Shown: positions 60,570 through 64,000 of the stretch, in pieces
Layout: each line of letters opens with the position of its first letter
Numbering within the stretch: position 1 is the stretch's first letter
Source: Takakia lepidozioides
Taxonomy: Eukaryota > Plantae > Bryophyta
Direction of reading: 5' to 3'
DNA length: 64,000 nucleotides
Assembly (NCBI GenBank): GCA_030704615.1
Contig: CM060731.1
Span: forward strand, 52,142,001-52,206,000
Notes under the pieces: model-generated
What the model saw: the letters and a program-made list of their open reading frames with translations, nothing else
Databases searched by the model: none
What the model was told of the DNA's origin: nothing
Program-made: the position numbers and the translations under genes

Positions 60570-61325
60570 GTACACGAAATATGTGCTTAGGAAGGAAATC
60601 ACCTAAGCAGAATTCCAGACTATCTTGACATGTGGTCGGACCCTGCAAACGATCCAACCATGTATACTGCAGGGATATTGAAAGACTGGAGTCCTTCTCA
60701 CTTCAGAGATTGTGGGTGGTACCTTGACTGCCCACCGGAGCACACGACCTTTCAAGAACAGCATATGAAATACTTGAACAATAACGCTGAGATGTTGGCG
60801 CCTTTGACTGACGAAGAGTACCAACGAAACATAGCAACATTGGCTGCCAAGGAGCCTGATGCTCAGGGAACGCCGCAGAAGGGAAAGAAGACGGGCCGCA
60901 AACCAAAAGACAAGGTTGTTGATGTCATAGCCATCTCACCAGCAAAGCCAAAGGACAAAGACAAGTCCAAAGAGAAGGAAAAGGACAAGGGGAAGGAGAA
61001 AGAAAAGGAGATGGAGAGTGGGCAGGACTTTACTGCTGGAAGATATACCCGCACTGTTCAGTGCGTGTTCGATGCCAAGCCACACCCTTCCCGTTCTGAT
61101 TCGGCAGGAGAGATGAAAATTGTTAATGAGGGTTGGCTGTCGATGATGCAGAGTCGAAAGAGAGAATACACTGGGGTGCCATCCCCTACCTGGGACAATA
61201 TAATCTCATTCTTCAATCTGGTGAGAATTCGGAATTTGAACGTAGACCCTCTTCTCACAAAGCAATATGCCTCAAACACCAATCTCTGCACATCCAACAA
61301 AAGAGGGATCAACTCCGGGATCTAG
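60570..61325 (+). pseudogene. Fragment of a fourth paralog of the MTase gene N-terminal region, opposite strand
   Basis: YTKYVLRK..HLSRIPDYLDMWSDPANDPTMYTAGILKDWSPSHFRDCGWYLDCPP aligns with copy 3 YCKFSLLEKGHLSFEPPFFLAWRNPGADSMYTDDIVKEWHLEHLHDCPWYVDLPP, and starts at the same splice acceptor position. Confidence 0.65.
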
Positions 61326-62589
61326 TTTAGATACACCACAATATGAGGTGAATGCAATAGATTGATAACTTACACTTTGGCCCTCTATTCGCAACCCCTG
61401 TGTATTGATGCAGAACCATTTTCTGAGGAGGACCGGGGTGACACTTTTCGGTGTCCATCTTGCCACCACATTCTCTGTGGTCTTCCCTCTTGTGGCAAGG
61501 ACAACCACACATCCACCGTCATCCAGGAGCATCCCCGCCAGCCCAAACCCGGCTTTCCAGTAGTCCTCAGTAAACCTGTTCCAGGTGGGCACACCATCCA
61601 GGCCCTCCAGCAGCTCCCCATCTAGAATGTCGAGGAGAATCATATCGCAAGCTCTCTCCACCTCAACCCCCCCCCCCGAGTGCTCTTGCAATCCGTGCTC
61701 ACAGCCGTGAAGAATTCCATCATGGCTTCAAAACCAGGGGTGTCTTAAGGCTCTGTACCGGCAGCCCTCTTCTTGGCTTTCCTCTTCTGCTCCGCCAGAG
61801 ACTTGCTGTGTGCCACCTTCTTTGCCCTCGCAGCGAGAGCGTCAAAGAAGCTCTCATTGACGCATTTGATGATGGTTGGAGGTTCTAGCTTTGGCCTGTG
61901 CGTAAACGTCACCGCCGAATACCGCCGTGTAGGCTCGCCCTCAAATGCCAACTTCTTGGCAAAGCCAGTCCCATTCCGAACTGACTTGGGAACCCGGACG
62001 ACCGGTGACTTGGTAGCAGCAACAGCAGTCGCAGGACCTTGAACAAAGTCGTCGTTCGAGTCACTCCCTTGGGTCCCCTCCTGCGCCTCCTCCGATGCCC
62101 CGATGGTTTTCTGTTTTTTGGGTGTTACTGTACTCACCTGTTTCCTTGTCCTTTGCCTTTGGCCTTTATTCTTCTCATTCAATTTCTCCTGAATTCCTGC
62201 CTGAGCAAGCTCTGCCGCTTTCCTGGAGTTCGCAAGCGCTTTTGCCTCTTTTGTACCCAGCGGAGGCAGCGGAGCCCGGTTTCGTCGGGCCTCAACATCC
62301 AGCTTTAATTGAAACTCGGATGGGTCGAGCGAGCCGGGCGGAAGGTCCACATACCAAGGGCAATCATGCAAATGTTCCAGATGCCACTCCTTCACAATAT
62401 CGTCAGTGTACATGGAGTCAGCCCCAGGGTTCCTCCATGCCAGGAAGAATGGTGGCTCGAAAGACAGATGACCTTTCTCCAAAAGGGAGAACTTGCAGTA
62501 CCTGCATTCATGAAAAACACAATGAGGTCCCTGAATTGCAAATTCTGCACCATTTTCCCAGGTTGGGGCGGATCTGACTGGGCCTAGAA

Positions 62590-63128
62590 ATGGAAAAATG
62601 GCGCCGAATTTCGGTTTTCGGTGACTGCCACCCTAGGGACTTAGCCATCTTGGGAGCCCGGAAATGGAAATTCGGCGCCATTTTTCCTGGTTTGACCCGA
62701 AAATGGCTAAGCTCCAAAACTGCCAGGGCCTAAAACTCGAAAAATGGCGCCGGATTTCGGTTTTTTGTGCCAGCCACCCTAGGGACTTAGCCATTTTCGG
62801 AGCCCTGAACTGGAAATTCGGCGCCATTTTCCCTGGTCCGGCCCGAAAATGGCTAAGTCCCAGAACGGTAATAGGGCCTAGAACTGGAAAAATGGCGCCG
62901 AATTTCCAGTTCAGGGCCAGCCACCCTAGGGACTTAGCCATTTTTGGAGCCCTGAACTGGAAATTCGGCGCCATTTTCCCATTTCCGGCCCGAAAATGGC
63001 TAAGTCCCAGAACGGTAATATGGCCTTGAACTGGAAAAATGGCGCCAAATTTCCAGTTCAGGGCCAGGCACCCTAGGGACTTAGCCATTTTCGGAGCCCT
63101 GAACTGGAAATTCGGCGCCATTTTCCCA
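62590..63128. repeat. Four tandem units of about 147 bp, each an internal inverted repeat around GGCGCC, in an intron of MTase copy 3
   Basis: Like-oriented GGCGCC at 62600, 62746, 62894 and 63041. Arms GGAAAAATGGCGCCGAATTTCCAGTTCAGGGC ... GCCCTGAACTGGAAATTCGGCGCCATTTTCCC. Confidence 0.93.
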
Positions 63129-64000
63129 AAGACCAATTTTCATGCGCCACATGAGGCCTCTAACATCCTGAAATGCAAGGACTTGAAAGGAAGGCATCGC
63201 GTATGTACCTGTTCAGAAGGCGCATTGCTGCTTTGTCCGCGTTCGGCTGGTCGGTGAACTCGTGGCTCCGGCGGGCATGGGGTATCTCCCGAAAGAATAG
63301 GTCGGTTTTGTAGAGCAGAAAGTACCTCGTCACATAGTCGCGTAGGCTCTCTGCTGCAGGAGAAATCTCCATCTTGAACTGATGTGCTTGTGTGTCCAGC
63401 TGCTCTTGCGCATTCATCGTCACCTGTGGAGATTCTCCATCAGATCGTTTTCCTCAAAAAATACAATGAATCCACCCCCTACAAGAGTAGAAACGCCAAA
63501 CGAAGCGTGGGGAAGTACCTGAAACCACCATGTCATGCGGTTCATCCACATGTCGAATGTGGGGTCAGACAGTTTGTCCGATTTGGGGAAGCTCCACATG
63601 TCCCTTGTACTTTGGGAACCATTCCAGATTTGGAGCCACCGGGTCTGTCCAACCACCCAGCATATTCGTAAGCGCCAAACACCACAAAAACGAGTTGTTG
63701 CCACCACAATTTGGTTAAGAATGTATCACCTTTTTTGTTGCATCCACACAGAATGTGGCTAGATGATGGAGCTTCTCCAATGTCATCGTGGGCTTCAGAG
63801 CGCGATAGTAGTGCTTCCCCACCTCCACCAGAAAGTCGGCACCAAGGGCGGGATCAGCTATGGCCACGTACTTTACCATCCGCGACTTGTACTTTATGCG
63901 GGCCCTGGCCTCCGCAGCTTTGAGATACGATTCGAGTGCCGGGAGGGTTAGATTCTTCTCCTCTGACTCCATATAGAACCTCCGCGCATGTGCCAAATCC

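Larger units (their letters stand above)
59457..63996 (-). pseudogene. Amino-DNA methyltransferase-like gene, copy 3, with a long N-terminal region (disrupted; 5' end beyond the window)
   Basis: Upstream exons at about 63996-63207. Long exon at about 62500-61375 containing CDMILLDILDG...PTWNRF...LLDDGGCVVV. After an inserted segment, 59893-59690 reads KPWRYSRTRSPAFIQTLMETCSDVQGRILDLTCGTG, then an intron, then the exon from 59605 reads ASMWAGTLSDRHVFAFEPN. Confidence 0.7.

Noticed and set aside
62508-63257. Repetitive ORFs (KMAPNFQFRA...) on both strands
   Set aside because: They are artefacts of the 147-bp fold-back repeat inside an intron.

Overview
Eukaryotic genomic DNA from a land plant, probably a non-seed plant such as a bryophyte (inferred from intron-rich conserved genes and a chromovirus-type Gypsy). 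The centre holds two intact multi-exon + strand housekeeping genes: a P4-ATPase flippase (ALA3-like, about 27 exons, 18152-35357) and MCM4 (about 21 exons, 38146-50280). Their introns contain many 5'-truncated LINE pieces. Both flanks are nests of transposons. The most unusual content is a family of terminal-inverted-repeat (Mutator-like) DNA elements carrying an intron-containing gene for a bacterial-type beta-class amino-DNA methyltransferase (N4-C/N6-A, PF01555-like motif order). Three diverged copies occur on the - strand, plus a fourth N-terminal fragment. Two of the copies lie next to regularly phased arrays of a GGCGCC-centred palindrome. One element (about 2671-10208) is fully delimited by TIRs and a target-site duplication, and also carries a SWIM zinc-finger ORF and an orphan ORF. 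All MTase copies here are damaged. Exon boundaries were read by eye, and family assignments rest on motifs rather than database searches.
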